DNA from: an uncultured Candidatus Saccharibacteria bacterium
GTDB lineage: Bacteria; Patescibacteriota; Saccharimonadia; CAZBQI01
Assembly (NCBI GenBank): GCA_964494105.1
Contig: CAZBQI010000006.1
Span: 1-49,776, forward strand
DNA: 49,776 nucleotides
Direction of reading: 5' to 3'
This document shows positions 26,691-35,924 of this stretch, piece after piece. The position numbers and the translations under genes were made by a program. Each line of letters begins with the position of its first letter. Position 1 is the first letter of the stretch. The notes beneath the pieces were generated by a model. The model did not search any database. It was given only the letters and a program-made list of their open reading frames with translations, and was not told where the DNA came from.

Positions 26691-27281
26691 TTAGCACCCC
26701 AACTCGAATCGCGAAAATCGACGGACAACTATATTTTCACCTAATTTGGCGATAGCCGCTGTTATAACGGCTTCTACGTCAACTTCCGGATCTTTGATGA
26801 ATGCTTGTTTTAGTAAGCAAACTTCTTGATAGTATTTTTCTAGTTTGCCGTCTGCGATTTTTTCGAGGATAGATTCGGGTTTGCCTTGATCTTTGGCTTC
26901 GGCCATAAAAATCTCACGCTCTTTGATTAAGCGCTCTGGTGGCACTTCACTCGGGTTTAGATAAAGTGGGTTACTAGCAGCTATTTGCATCGCTAAGTCA
27001 TGAGCTAGAGTCTTAAAGTCATCCGTGCGCGCCACAAAATCAGTCTCACACGCAAGCTCTACCATAGAACCAACGCGACCCATGTGATTATAGCTTTCGA
27101 CTAAACCGGCTGTTGTTTCCCGGTTAACCTTTTTACCAGCCTTGGCTATACCTTTTTTACGTAGGATTTCTAGAGCCTTGTCGGCATCACCATTAGCCTC
27201 TTCGAGTGCCGCCTTAGCATCCATCATGCCCGCTCCGGTGCTGTCTCGTAGTGCTTTTACTGCCTGTACATCTATAGCCAT
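26691..27281 (-). CDS. tsf: Elongation factor Ts (short form)
   Basis: LRDSTGAGMMDAKAAL, ELACETDFVART. Confidence 0.98.
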   Translation of the reverse strand: MAIDVQAVKALRDSTGAGMMDAKAALEEANGDADKALEILRKKGIAKAGKKVNRETTAGLVESYNHMGRVGSMVELACETDFVARTDDFKTLAHDLAMQIAASNPLYLNPSEVPPERLIKEREIFMAEAKDQGKPESILEKIADGKLEKYYQEVCLLKQAFIKDPEVDVEAVITAAIAKLGENIVVRRFSRFELGC

Positions 27282-27285
27282 ATTT

Positions 27286-28068
27286 CTACCCCTTGGTCTT
27301 CTTATCTTTTTGAATGGTTGATTTCTTAGTTACGCTCTTAGTGGCATCCTCTGTCGGCGCTGATTTCTGCTTAGCCCTACCTTCGTTGACGGCTTGAGTC
27401 ACCAAATTTGATATCAAACTTATTGTGCTAACTGCGTCGTCATTAGCAGGTACCACATAATCAATGCCCTCAGGACTTGCATTAGTATCAACAATCGCTA
27501 CAACCGGAATGCCAAGGCGAATTGCCTCGCGCACTGCAGTTCGATCGCTCAGCGCATCGGCAATAAAAACCGCCCCCGGAACACTATTCATTTCTTTAAT
27601 ACCCAAGAAATTTACATTTAATTTGGCTATTTCCTCTCGAATTACACCAATCTCACGTTTGTTGTAGTTTTCCTTTAGCTCACCGGTACTATCCTGCTCT
27701 TCAAGTTTCTTTAAATGCTTAACACGGCCAGAAATAGTGTTGAAGTTGGTTAGTGTACCACCGAGCCAACGTTCGGTTATATAGGGGCTCTCGGCCGCTT
27801 CCGCGCTACCGCGCACTACTTCGCGTATATGTCGTTTTGTACCAACAAACAGCACTTGTTTACCACTAGCCGCTGTCTTTTCGATAAAACGCAACGCCTC
27901 GGTAAGGCGCTCAGCCGTTTGAATCAGATCGATAATATATATTCCCCCGCGCTTGCCATAAATATATGGCTCCATCATCGGGTTCCAATGAGCCGTTTTG
28001 TGGCCAAAGTGCGCCCCGGCTTTTAATAGTTCTCGAACGTCTACTTTCGGTGCAGTTGCTACCGCCAT
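27286..28068 (-). CDS. rpsB: 30S ribosomal protein S2
   Basis: AGAHFGH, RWLGGTLTNF, DTNASP, PANDDA; start placed at MAVATAPK. Confidence 0.98.
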   Translation of the reverse strand: MAVATAPKVDVRELLKAGAHFGHKTAHWNPMMEPYIYGKRGGIYIIDLIQTAERLTEALRFIEKTAASGKQVLFVGTKRHIREVVRGSAEAAESPYITERWLGGTLTNFNTISGRVKHLKKLEEQDSTGELKENYNKREIGVIREEIAKLNVNFLGIKEMNSVPGAVFIADALSDRTAVREAIRLGIPVVAIVDTNASPEGIDYVVPANDDAVSTISLISNLVTQAVNEGRAKQKSAPTEDATKSVTKKSTIQKDKKTKG

Positions 28069-28181
28069 TATGTAATCCTTTCGGCTTGGGTGACAAGCTT
28101 GCTTCACTTACTTGCATCTAAATAAATAGACAGAATCACTAAGTAAGCTGTTTAATTGTTGCTTGGTGATATTTTAACAGA

Positions 28182-28298
28182 TCACAACAGCGCCAACAAG
28201 CCCACGCCGATTAAAGCTACCTTACCAAGATGCTTAGCAACACGCTTACTTTTTTCGCCAAAAGTCTCTGGCTTAGGAGCATTTTCACCGATGCTCAT
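28182..28298 (-). CDS. Putative small membrane-anchored protein (38 aa)
   Basis: Hand-translated MSIGENAPKPETFGEKSKRVAKHLGKVALIGVGLLALL; below the ORF-track size cut-off. Confidence 0.4.
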   Translation of the reverse strand: MSIGENAPKPETFGEKSKRVAKHLGKVALIGVGLLALL

Positions 28299-28301
28299 CG
28301 G

Positions 28302-28361
28302 TTACGCCCTATCCGCATACGGTTCGACATCTATACTGGCCATAAGTTGTTGTATGTTCAT
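28302..28361 (-). CDS. Putative small ORF (19 aa)
   Basis: Hand-translated MNIQQLMASIDVEPYADRA; extended -10 TGaTACAAT at 28379-28371 ends 9 nt before the ATG. Confidence 0.3.
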   Translation of the reverse strand: MNIQQLMASIDVEPYADRA

Positions 28362-28431
28362 TCTTTGTATATTGTATCAACTTAGCAACTTCTCCGGTTT
28401 TCGCTATCACTAAAGAATATCCCCTCATATA

Positions 28432-28460
28432 TTGACCAATTAACAGATATGCGTTAAAGT
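28432..28460 (+). promoter_or_regulatory. sigma70-type promoter for rpmE-prfA (near-leaderless)
   Basis: TTGACC, 17 bp, TAAAGT; ATG 9 nt after the -10. Confidence 0.65.
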
Positions 28461-28469
28461 TATATTCTT

Positions 28470-28820
28470 ATGAAGAAAGAGCTTCACCCTGAATATATGA
28501 AAACTGTTGTTAAGTGCAACGGCTGCAACAACACTTTTGAAACCGGCTCGACTGTACCCGAAATTACGGTAGAGATTTGCTCTAATTGTCACCCGTTTTA
28601 CACCGGTAAACAAAAACTTGTCGATGTGGCAGGACGTGTAGACCGCTTTAAGGCCCAGCAAGCAGCTGCTACCAAAAAACAAGCTGCCAAAAAAGCTGTT
28701 AAGAAACCGGTTGAAGCAGAGGCCAAAGCCGAGGAGCCAAAAGACCCAACGGCAGATCTTAAAGACTTAAAGAAACAACTAGAACAGCAAAAAAGTACTA
28801 CAGCCCAACCAAAGCAATAA
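28470..28820 (+). CDS. rpmE: 50S ribosomal protein L31 (Zn-binding form, long Ala/Lys tail)
   Basis: [30 protein letters not shown]. Confidence 0.98.
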   Translation: MKKELHPEYMKTVVKCNGCNNTFETGSTVPEITVEICSNCHPFYTGKQKLVDVAGRVDRFKAQQAAATKKQAAKKAVKKPVEAEAKAEEPKDPTADLKDLKKQLEQQKSTTAQPKQ

Positions 28821-28889
28821 CTAAGAAACACTAATAGACCCCCTCTTTTGATTTACAAGGGGTTTATTCTATGATGAGAACAACAACTT

Positions 28890-29951
28890 ATGGATAAAAA
28901 AGAACAAAACCTACGTACAGAATTCGAAACGCTGGACAACAAACTAACTGATCCTAAGATCTTCTCCACTCCAGATGGGCAAAAAGTCGCCAAGCGACAT
29001 GCTGAACTAAAGGAACTATTGGAGCTGTTTGATGCTTACAATAAAGTAAAGCGCGATCGAGATGAAGCACTTACACTCTCTAGTGAGCAGTCCGAGCTGG
29101 CTGAGCTGGCAGCAGATGAATTACCGGGTCTAGAAACTAAGTTACGCATCCTGGATGAGAAGCTACAGGCTACACTAATTCCAAAAGACCCAAACCTAAG
29201 TAAAAACGCCATTGTGGAAATTCGGGCTGGCGCTGGCGGAGACGAGGCTTCCTTGTTTGCTGGAGAACTCTACCGTATGTATGTGTTGTTTAGCGAAACC
29301 AACAAATGGCGCATCGAACTAATTAGCGAGAGCCCCTCGGACGTGGGCGGATTTAAAGAAATCGTATTCAATGTTGACGGTAGCGGAGCTTATGGCAAAC
29401 TACGGTTTGAGAGCGGCGTGCATCGGGTACAGCGCATACCCGCTACAGAAAGCCAGGGGCGAATTCACACCTCTACTGCCACTGTTGCAGTTCTACCCGA
29501 AGCCGAAGAAGCCGATGTAGAAATAAACCCTACCGATATCCGCATAGACGTGTTCCGTTCTAGCGGGCCGGGCGGTCAAAGCGTAAACACCACCGACTCG
29601 GCAGTACGCATTACTCACCTACCAACCGGTATAATTGTCACCTGCCAGGACGAAAAATCCCAGCATAAAAACAAAGCCAAGGCCCTGAGCGTACTGCGTT
29701 CACGCTTACTAGCTAATAAGATTGAGGAGGAGCAAAAAAAACAATCCGAACAACGCAGAAGTCAAATCGGTAGTGGTGATCGTAGCGAAAAGATCCGAAC
29801 GTATAACTTCCCCCAGGACCGCGTGACTGATCACCGAATAAAAGTATCTATGAGTAATCTGCCAAACTTTATGAATGGTCAAATTGGCGAAATGATCGAA
29901 AAACTCGCAGAAGCTGAGCGCGAATTGCAAAAAAGCACTCCGGAAAATTAA
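28890..29951 (+). CDS. prfA: Peptide chain release factor 1
   Basis: EIRAGAGGDEA, PAT tripeptide (RIPATESQGRIHTS), GGQ, RTYNFPQDRVTDHR. Confidence 0.98.
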   Translation: MDKKEQNLRTEFETLDNKLTDPKIFSTPDGQKVAKRHAELKELLELFDAYNKVKRDRDEALTLSSEQSELAELAADELPGLETKLRILDEKLQATLIPKDPNLSKNAIVEIRAGAGGDEASLFAGELYRMYVLFSETNKWRIELISESPSDVGGFKEIVFNVDGSGAYGKLRFESGVHRVQRIPATESQGRIHTSTATVAVLPEAEEADVEINPTDIRIDVFRSSGPGGQSVNTTDSAVRITHLPTGIIVTCQDEKSQHKNKAKALSVLRSRLLANKIEEEQKKQSEQRRSQIGSGDRSEKIRTYNFPQDRVTDHRIKVSMSNLPNFMNGQIGEMIEKLAEAERELQKSTPEN

Positions 29952-30499
29952 ATGTCAGTTTTTTTGTAACTGGATTTCCCGGCAGTGGCAAATCAAGTAT
30001 TTCAGCCGAACTACGGCGCCGCGGACATACTAGTTACGACACTGATAACACACCAGGCTGGGCACATTTGCTTGATCGCCACACCCATAAACCGGTGGCA
30101 AAAAAGCCACGTATTATACCGCCACATTACTACGATTCTGTTGCTGAATGGGACTGGGATAGAGCCAAGCTTGAGCATCTTATCGAAAATGCCACTGGCG
30201 ATATTTTTATTTGTGCAGTGATGTCAAATCAAGCCAGCTTTTACCGTTACTTTGACGAAATCTTTGTTCTTCAAGCTAGTAGCAAAGTCCTAAAGCAACG
30301 TTTGCTTGCTCGATCTAAAAGAAACTTTACTAATCAGCCAAATGAATTGTATGATGTGTTAAAAAAGCATAAAAATTTTGAACAAGAATTAATAAATCAC
30401 GGAGCTTTAGCCATAAATGCCGAGAAACCACTGACAGATGTAGTAGCTAGTATTCTAAAGCAAGTACATTCCGCTAAAAAGTCAGCCGACTTAAAATGA
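29952..30499 (+). pseudogene. P-loop nucleoside-monophosphate-kinase-like gene with a -1 frame break at its 5th codon (frameshifted, phase-variable, or recoded)
   Basis: ATG TCA GTT TTT TTG TAA at 29952-29969; the -1 frame reads VTGFPGSGKSSISAELRRRG and continues into ORF 30068-30499; one extra T gives MSVFFVTGFPGSGKS. Confidence 0.8.
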
Positions 30500-31293
30500 T
30501 TGCATTGGAATGGATACGCCAAGCTAGTGCCAGTTTGCGAGGTTCAGGTATTGATACAGCTAGGCTTGATGCCATGATTCTGCTTGGCTATATCACCAAA
30601 ACACCACGAGAGGATTTGTTGGCGCACATGGACCGCTCAATAAAATGGCGTAGTTACCGCAAGCTACAAAAAGCATTAAAAAAACGCGAACACCGCTACC
30701 CGGTTGCATATATTACAAGCTATAAAGAATTCTATGGTTTAAACTTTCGCGTTACGCCGGACGTGCTTATCCCGCGTCCGGAATCAGAAACGCTGGTAGA
30801 ACTAGCCATCAAGCACGCACCAAAAAACACCAAGCTTATAGATATTGGCACGGGCAGTGGCTGTATCGCTTCGGCGATTGCAAAACATCGTCCCGACTTA
30901 GACGTAACAGCTAGTGACATTTCGGCCAAAGCCCTATTGGTAGCCAAACGAAATGCCTCAACACTAGGCACCAGGATTAATCTAATTAAAAGTGACTTAT
31001 TTAAAAATCTCGAGGGACAATACGATTGTGTAGTTGCCAATCTACCCTATGTGCCCGATACCGCAAAAACCTCGCCCGAAACAGCTTTTGAGCCATTTTA
31101 CGCGCTTTATGGCGGTAAAGATGGGTTAGATATCTACCGAGCTTTCTTTGCTCAGGTTCGCTCTCACCTATCAACCAGCGGGTTGGTAATTGTCGAAGCC
31201 GAGCCAAACCAGCATAACGAACTAAAGCGCATCGCCCAGAAAAACGGGTTCAAACACTTCGCCAGACGTCATTATGCCCTTGCATGCCATTAA
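30496..31293 (+). CDS. prmC: Release factor glutamine methyltransferase
   Basis: YPVAYITSYKEFYG, VLIPRPESE, IDIGTGSGCI, NLPY, GGKDGL. Confidence 0.96.
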   Translation: MIALEWIRQASASLRGSGIDTARLDAMILLGYITKTPREDLLAHMDRSIKWRSYRKLQKALKKREHRYPVAYITSYKEFYGLNFRVTPDVLIPRPESETLVELAIKHAPKNTKLIDIGTGSGCIASAIAKHRPDLDVTASDISAKALLVAKRNASTLGTRINLIKSDLFKNLEGQYDCVVANLPYVPDTAKTSPETAFEPFYALYGGKDGLDIYRAFFAQVRSHLSTSGLVIVEAEPNQHNELKRIAQKNGFKHFARRHYALACH

Positions 31294-31401
31294 CCCCCTC
31301 TTGTTTATTCGCACCTAGAGAATCAACAATTGCTTTAAACCCGAAAGCCTCTTCAGGCATCTGCCGAATATTATCAGCAATGATCAATCAAACCCGGGGA
31401 A

Positions 31402-31656
31402 TTAATCGGACGAACCGGCGGAAGAATCGCTATTGTCTGCTGGCGCATCTTGGTGTTCCGCAGGATTCCGATACACCTGTAAACCCTCTGGAGTAACTGC
31501 GTATCTCGAATCATTACCAGGAACAAAATTTCTGCCTTCCATAAAGTAACTTGGTGTAGTGCGTGCAACGTCTGGCGATGCAACTCTCTCTAAGTCTGGA
31601 CTACCCGTGACGCCACCTTCAACATGATCTATATCTGGGTTTCCTGCTCTATCCAT
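31402..31656 (-). CDS. Small acidic hypothetical protein (84 aa)
   Basis: Strong SD AAAGGAGG before ATG 31656 (MDRAGNP); the ORF-track start at 31734 lies in the -35 box. Confidence 0.7.
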   Translation of the reverse strand: MDRAGNPDIDHVEGGVTGSPDLERVASPDVARTTPSYFMEGRNFVPGNDSRYAVTPEGLQVYRNPAEHQDAPADNSDSSAGSSD

Positions 31657-31705
31657 TATGGTGCCTCCTTTAGTTTTTTTATTTTGCGTGTATTTATACT
31701 TGCTT

Positions 31706-31734
31706 AGTATAGCACCATTCTGCATGTCTGTCAA
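31706..31734 (-). promoter_or_regulatory. Near-consensus sigma70 promoter with extended -10
   Basis: TTGACA (31734-31729), 17 bp, TGc-TATACT (31711-31706). Confidence 0.8.
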
Positions 31735-31755
31735 TTCCGAGCTTGGCTGAACCGT

Positions 31756-32892
31756 TTAGGGCAACTGAGTAAGCTTAGCGCTAAGAGTGATAGTTTTATT
31801 GTTACGAATAACTGTTAACTTCACTTCATTACCAACTTTTTGTTTGCCAATAAGCGTCACTAAACTCCGGTTATCACTAATCTCCTCATTATTGACCTTG
31901 ATAATAATGTCATTTTCTTTTAATCCGGCTTTGGCGGCTGGACCGTCTGGAACAATCCCCGGACTGGTGCTATCACCTTTTACCCATGCTCCGGTATTAC
32001 TGCTTAAATTATTGGCTTCGGCGATTTCTTTATTAAGCGAAATGTAGCGTACTCCCAAATAGGGTTTAGACAGCTTACCGGTGTCCTCGATACTCGTTAT
32101 GCCAGCTTTAGCCTGGTTTATCGGTATTGCAAAACCAATGTTTTCAGCGGCCTCGGCAATTGCAGTATTAACCCCTACTACCTGTCCCTCAATATTTACT
32201 AGCGGACCGCCGGAATTACCGGGGTTAATAGCAGCATCGGTTTGCAGTAAGTCTTGAAGTTGTTCGACCTCACTCGAACCACCACCGGTAGAAATCGGGC
32301 GACCAAGCCCAGAAATTATGCCGGCAGTTACAGTGTTTTCAAACTCACCCAGCGCATTCCCAATGGCAATTACTTTTTGGCCAACTACCACTTGATCTGA
32401 ATCTCCAAGTTCCGCCGCAACCAAACCTCTAGCCTTTACTTTCACAAAAGCTAGGTCAAGCTGAGGGTCGCGCGCCACTACCTGGGCATTGTCGAAGCGC
32501 TTACCGTCATTTAGAGTTACGGTGATATTGCCAGAGCCTTCAGGCACCACATGCTTATTGGTTAGTATCAAGCCATCGTCACGGATAATAATACCTGTCC
32601 CGGCGCCTTCGGTAGATTCATCTTGGCCAAAAAGATTAACTCGCCTATCTTCGGTAGCAATGCTAACAACACTCGGTTCTAGCTTTTTAGCAACATCCAC
32701 AATTGCTGAGTTTTCTTCTAGCACAACGCGTTGTGATCGATTCTTAGTCAGTGAGAAATAATTGTTTACAAAAAATATCCCAAACATACCACCAATTATC
32801 CCGCTGACAAAACTCACCAAAATAAATGAGCCGACCAGTACTTTACGATGATTAGCCGGTGCTTGATGTGACTGTGTTTTATTATTGCTCAT
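31756..32892 (-). CDS. htrA: HtrA/DegP-family serine protease with PDZ domain
   Basis: LTNKHV, DLAFVK, QTDAAINPGNSGGPL, PDZ; start MSNNK from the TAATG overlap. Confidence 0.96.
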   Translation of the reverse strand: MSNNKTQSHQAPANHRKVLVGSFILVSFVSGIIGGMFGIFFVNNYFSLTKNRSQRVVLEENSAIVDVAKKLEPSVVSIATEDRRVNLFGQDESTEGAGTGIIIRDDGLILTNKHVVPEGSGNITVTLNDGKRFDNAQVVARDPQLDLAFVKVKARGLVAAELGDSDQVVVGQKVIAIGNALGEFENTVTAGIISGLGRPISTGGGSSEVEQLQDLLQTDAAINPGNSGGPLVNIEGQVVGVNTAIAEAAENIGFAIPINQAKAGITSIEDTGKLSKPYLGVRYISLNKEIAEANNLSSNTGAWVKGDSTSPGIVPDGPAAKAGLKENDIIIKVNNEEISDNRSLVTLIGKQKVGNEVKLTVIRNNKTITLSAKLTQLP

Positions 32893-33641
32893 TAGATGCG
32901 TGCGTTCCAATTAGTACCAATCACAATTATTGCGAGTAAAGCGAAACTTATCAATAAATACTCAGCCAAACGACGCTTGCGTAATCTTTTTGCCGCATGA
33001 TCCAAATACATGGCACCAAATCCATAACCCAAAACAGTAATTACTAGCGCCGCCTGTGGCACTAACACTCTGGCATCAAACAGAGAATAAAGTACCAACC
33101 AGCGCCATAGAATCCATGAAAGCTCTGCCACGATTAGCCCCCATACAGCTGTAATCAGGCCGGAGCTCGGGTCTTTGTGGGGATTTAAAAGGTGATCTGC
33201 CGAAATCATCGCCACAAGCCAAGCCGCAAAAACAACGGCTATCTCTGAACCAACAAAGCTCCGGCCAAGTAGGTAAACAACAGACAAGCCAACCAACTGG
33301 CAGACTCCGGCCTGCAAGGCTACCCATGCGGTGCCTTTTTGTGGCTTAAGTACAACAAGCCATAATGCGTAAAAAACCGCAATAACAACCTGAATAGTTG
33401 GATCATTATCAAAAAGTATTAAACCAATGATGGTGCTTAGAGCGACCACCAAATCGCAAGCGTTATCACGGATGCTACGGAGCCAAATCTTATGACCCCC
33501 TAGCAGTATTTGCCACTTACTCAAAACCAGCAAAGCGAACGCTAGCGGAGCCAAACCAGATCTGATTAACAAAACCAGAGCAATTACCAAACCAATGTTT
33601 GGCAAAAATGTAAAGGCAAAATAGTGAAGCGATTTTCCCAC
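32892..33641 (-). CDS. Polytopic membrane protein of unknown function
   Basis: 249-aa hydrophobic ORF coupled between the LCP gene and htrA. Confidence 0.8.
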   Translation of the reverse strand: MGKSLHYFAFTFLPNIGLVIALVLLIRSGLAPLAFALLVLSKWQILLGGHKIWLRSIRDNACDLVVALSTIIGLILFDNDPTIQVVIAVFYALWLVVLKPQKGTAWVALQAGVCQLVGLSVVYLLGRSFVGSEIAVVFAAWLVAMISADHLLNPHKDPSSGLITAVWGLIVAELSWILWRWLVLYSLFDARVLVPQAALVITVLGYGFGAMYLDHAAKRLRKRRLAEYLLISFALLAIIVIGTNWNARI

Positions 33642-33646
33642 GTTAA

Positions 33647-35122
33647 TTATTCCGTTAACTTGTAGTCGCTGCCAAGCGTTAGCTGAATATCGGGATGTGG
33701 CTGATTGGCGGGAGCCTGTTTACGTACGGCCTTAACGCCAAATCGTTTCTCTAGGTACTTAACAGTGTAGGGTTTTGCGCCATTGGTATAGTCAGTAATT
33801 ACAGATTTCTGAACGTTCTTGACCTCTTCATCCGTAATAGCTTGGATTTTATAGCCATACGATTTAAGCAAATCAGCTGTCGCGGTTGCTATGCCTACTT
33901 TGCTGGTGCCGTTCGAAACATTTACGCTGGCTGCTTCTTTTTTAATGTAACCATCGGGCATAAGGCTTCGAACATATTTTTTAATTTCACTAAAATCCCC
34001 AGCTTTTGGCACCATAACGGCCGCTCCGCCAATATTAGATCCGGTTAAATAGTTGTCGGCGCTATCGTCCAGCCCTGCGCGGATTATTTTTTGGTCAGTG
34101 ACGTCCTTACTAATCTTAGCCAGCTTAACGAGTTCATTTACGTTAAAATCGGTTTTTATGTCGTTTCCAATCCCGTTAAGTAGGCTATTTATTTTAACCG
34201 GGTTGGTTAGCGTACCAAGTGACAAAGCTTTATTTTTGAGGGCTATCATTATTTTTTGCTGTCTCTTTGAGCGATCAAAATCGCTAGTTGTATAACGCGA
34301 ACGAGCAAATTTAAGTGCGGTATCTCCATCTAAAGAACGCTGGCCAGCCTCTATGTGAAAAGAACTATAACTATTAGTTGACTCGTCGGGGTACGAATAA
34401 TCGTTAATCGTTTCATCAACAACTACCTCAACTCCGCCAACCGCTTCAACGGCATCACGGAATCCGCTAAAATCTAGTCGCGTGAAATAGTGGATTGGGA
34501 TTCCCAGGTTTTGCGAAACAGTTTGCTTTAAAAGTTCCGGCCCCCCACCTTTGACATTATCACGCTCACCATAAACATGGGCGGCATTGATACGATCGTA
34601 ACCGTAGCCTGGAATTCTGATGTAAAGGTCTCGCGGTACGCTAAATAGCGTTACATCCTTCGACAGCGGATCGAGACTTGCAATTTGGATAGTGTCGGCT
34701 AAATCTGCCGCTTGATGAGAAGCGTCACCCACTCCAATCAACAGCACATTTACGCGACCATCACCTTCGCCTTTGAGCTTTGTCGGGTCAATCTCATCTT
34801 GTAGTGCAACTGCACTATTACCTTTGCCACAAGCAAGAACTTTGCAAGAAGTTAGCGCCAAACGCGCCACAATTGCACCACCAACCAGCAAAACAGCACA
34901 ACCGGTATATACTGCCAGTTGTTTCTTATTGGACGGGAGCAGTTTTTTTAATTTAGCAAACCGTTTTTTGACAGGTTTCGGGTGTTTGTCACTTAATGCA
35001 GAACTAATTACCGGTGGTTGAACATATTTGCTCGCAGATAGACCGGGTCTAGAAATTCGAGGCTTCTTCGCTCTCGCCACCCCATCAAGCATCCTTGGCT
35101 TCGAATAAAAATCTTGCTTCAT
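33647..35122 (-). CDS. LCP (LytR-CpsA-Psr) family glycopolymer transferase with LytR C-terminal domain
   Basis: NVLLIG, ADTIQI, SVPRDLY, RINAAH, FARSR, DFDRSKRQQ, VSNGT; start placed at MKQDF. Confidence 0.94.
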   Translation of the reverse strand: MKQDFYSKPRMLDGVARAKKPRISRPGLSASKYVQPPVISSALSDKHPKPVKKRFAKLKKLLPSNKKQLAVYTGCAVLLVGGAIVARLALTSCKVLACGKGNSAVALQDEIDPTKLKGEGDGRVNVLLIGVGDASHQAADLADTIQIASLDPLSKDVTLFSVPRDLYIRIPGYGYDRINAAHVYGERDNVKGGGPELLKQTVSQNLGIPIHYFTRLDFSGFRDAVEAVGGVEVVVDETINDYSYPDESTNSYSSFHIEAGQRSLDGDTALKFARSRYTTSDFDRSKRQQKIMIALKNKALSLGTLTNPVKINSLLNGIGNDIKTDFNVNELVKLAKISKDVTDQKIIRAGLDDSADNYLTGSNIGGAAVMVPKAGDFSEIKKYVRSLMPDGYIKKEAASVNVSNGTSKVGIATATADLLKSYGYKIQAITDEEVKNVQKSVITDYTNGAKPYTVKYLEKRFGVKAVRKQAPANQPHPDIQLTLGSDYKLTE

Positions 35123-35243
35123 TTTGTCTATACAGTATAGCCAAATTAGAGACAAGAGGCCATAGATTTTAGCCTAAATTTCCGCCTGATACCAAAACAA
35201 CTTGCAATAATACGGACCAGCTGGGGTTTGCAGATATAAATGC

Positions 35244-35252
35244 TGATATACT
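35244..35252 (+). promoter_or_regulatory. Extended -10 promoter for lepB (leaderless-type)
   Basis: TGaTATACT ends 6 nt before the ATG at 35259. Confidence 0.6.
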
Positions 35253-35258
35253 AGCATT

Positions 35259-35897
35259 ATGAATAACAACCCTCATCAGTATCAGCCACCCACAGTGCCC
35301 TCTTCACCACCAAAACCGAGCCCGGTAAAACCTCCAAAAAAGCGTGATTGGGGCACCCTAGGATTCATCGCTAGCCTAATTGCAGCAGTAACTTTTGTAC
35401 TGTTTTTTATTAATCCCTATATCATGCAAACCTACCAAGTATTTGGTCAAAGCATGGAACCGACTTTGCACGAGAGCGATTATTTAATCATATCCAAGGT
35501 TGGTGCCAGCCTAGCCAAACTAGAAAACAAAGACTACTTGCCCCATCGGGGCGAAATTATTGTTATCGACAGCTCGCTAAACGGTAACCGACTAATAAAG
35601 CGCGTCATCGGCCTGCCGGGCGAGCGCGTAGTAGTAGATAGCGGCAAGGTAACGGTCTATCCGCGAGGTAGCGATGTTGGTTTCGATCCATACCAGCAAC
35701 TCGGCATGCAACAAAGATTTGCCAGCGGTAGCGTTTCGACCGAAGTGCCAGAGGGCCATGTATTTGTAATTGGCGATAATCGCGAGGCTGGTGGTAGCTT
35801 AGACTCGCGCAACGAACTCGGCCCTGTGCCTACCGATAAAATAGTGGGCAGGTTGCTATTGCGCTTGTGGCCTTTCAGCCAACCGATTCATAATTGA
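35259..35897 (+). CDS. lepB: Signal peptidase I
   Basis: GQSMEPTL catalytic Ser, LIKRVIGLPG catalytic Lys, GDNR...DSR. Confidence 0.97.
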   Translation: MNNNPHQYQPPTVPSSPPKPSPVKPPKKRDWGTLGFIASLIAAVTFVLFFINPYIMQTYQVFGQSMEPTLHESDYLIISKVGASLAKLENKDYLPHRGEIIVIDSSLNGNRLIKRVIGLPGERVVVDSGKVTVYPRGSDVGFDPYQQLGMQQRFASGSVSTEVPEGHVFVIGDNREAGGSLDSRNELGPVPTDKIVGRLLLRLWPFSQPIHN

Positions 35898-35924
35898 AAT
35901 AGATAATTCTCACAAAGTTTCTTG

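Noticed and set aside
28156-28413. 85-aa + strand ORF between rpsB and rpmE
   Set aside because: TTG start, no recognisable features or promoter; the opposite strand has better-supported small ORFs.
28440-28831. Two minus-strand ORFs over rpmE
   Set aside because: Antisense shadows of a confidently identified ribosomal protein gene.
28830-28868. Hairpin after rpmE as a firm terminator
   Set aside because: The stem is short with a large loop and a short U tract, and prfA follows closely; too weak to call.
8789-30499. UGA-to-Gly recoding as in Gracilibacteria/Absconditabacteria
   Set aside because: serS, mreD, the alpha/beta hydrolase, uppS and the kinase end in TGA overlapping the next ATG at natural C-termini, so TGA is a stop.
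30068-30499. 143-aa ORF as a complete stand-alone gene starting at TTG 30068
   Set aside because: It lacks the Walker A motif, which lies in frame ~100 nt upstream; it is better explained as the frameshifted gene starting at 29952.
31250-31583. Small ORFs around the prmC/orphan junction (31284-31496 +, 31374-31583 -, and a 36-aa MPEEAFG… minus ORF overlapping the prmC end)
   Set aside because: They overlap better-supported genes and have no SD, promoter or family signal.
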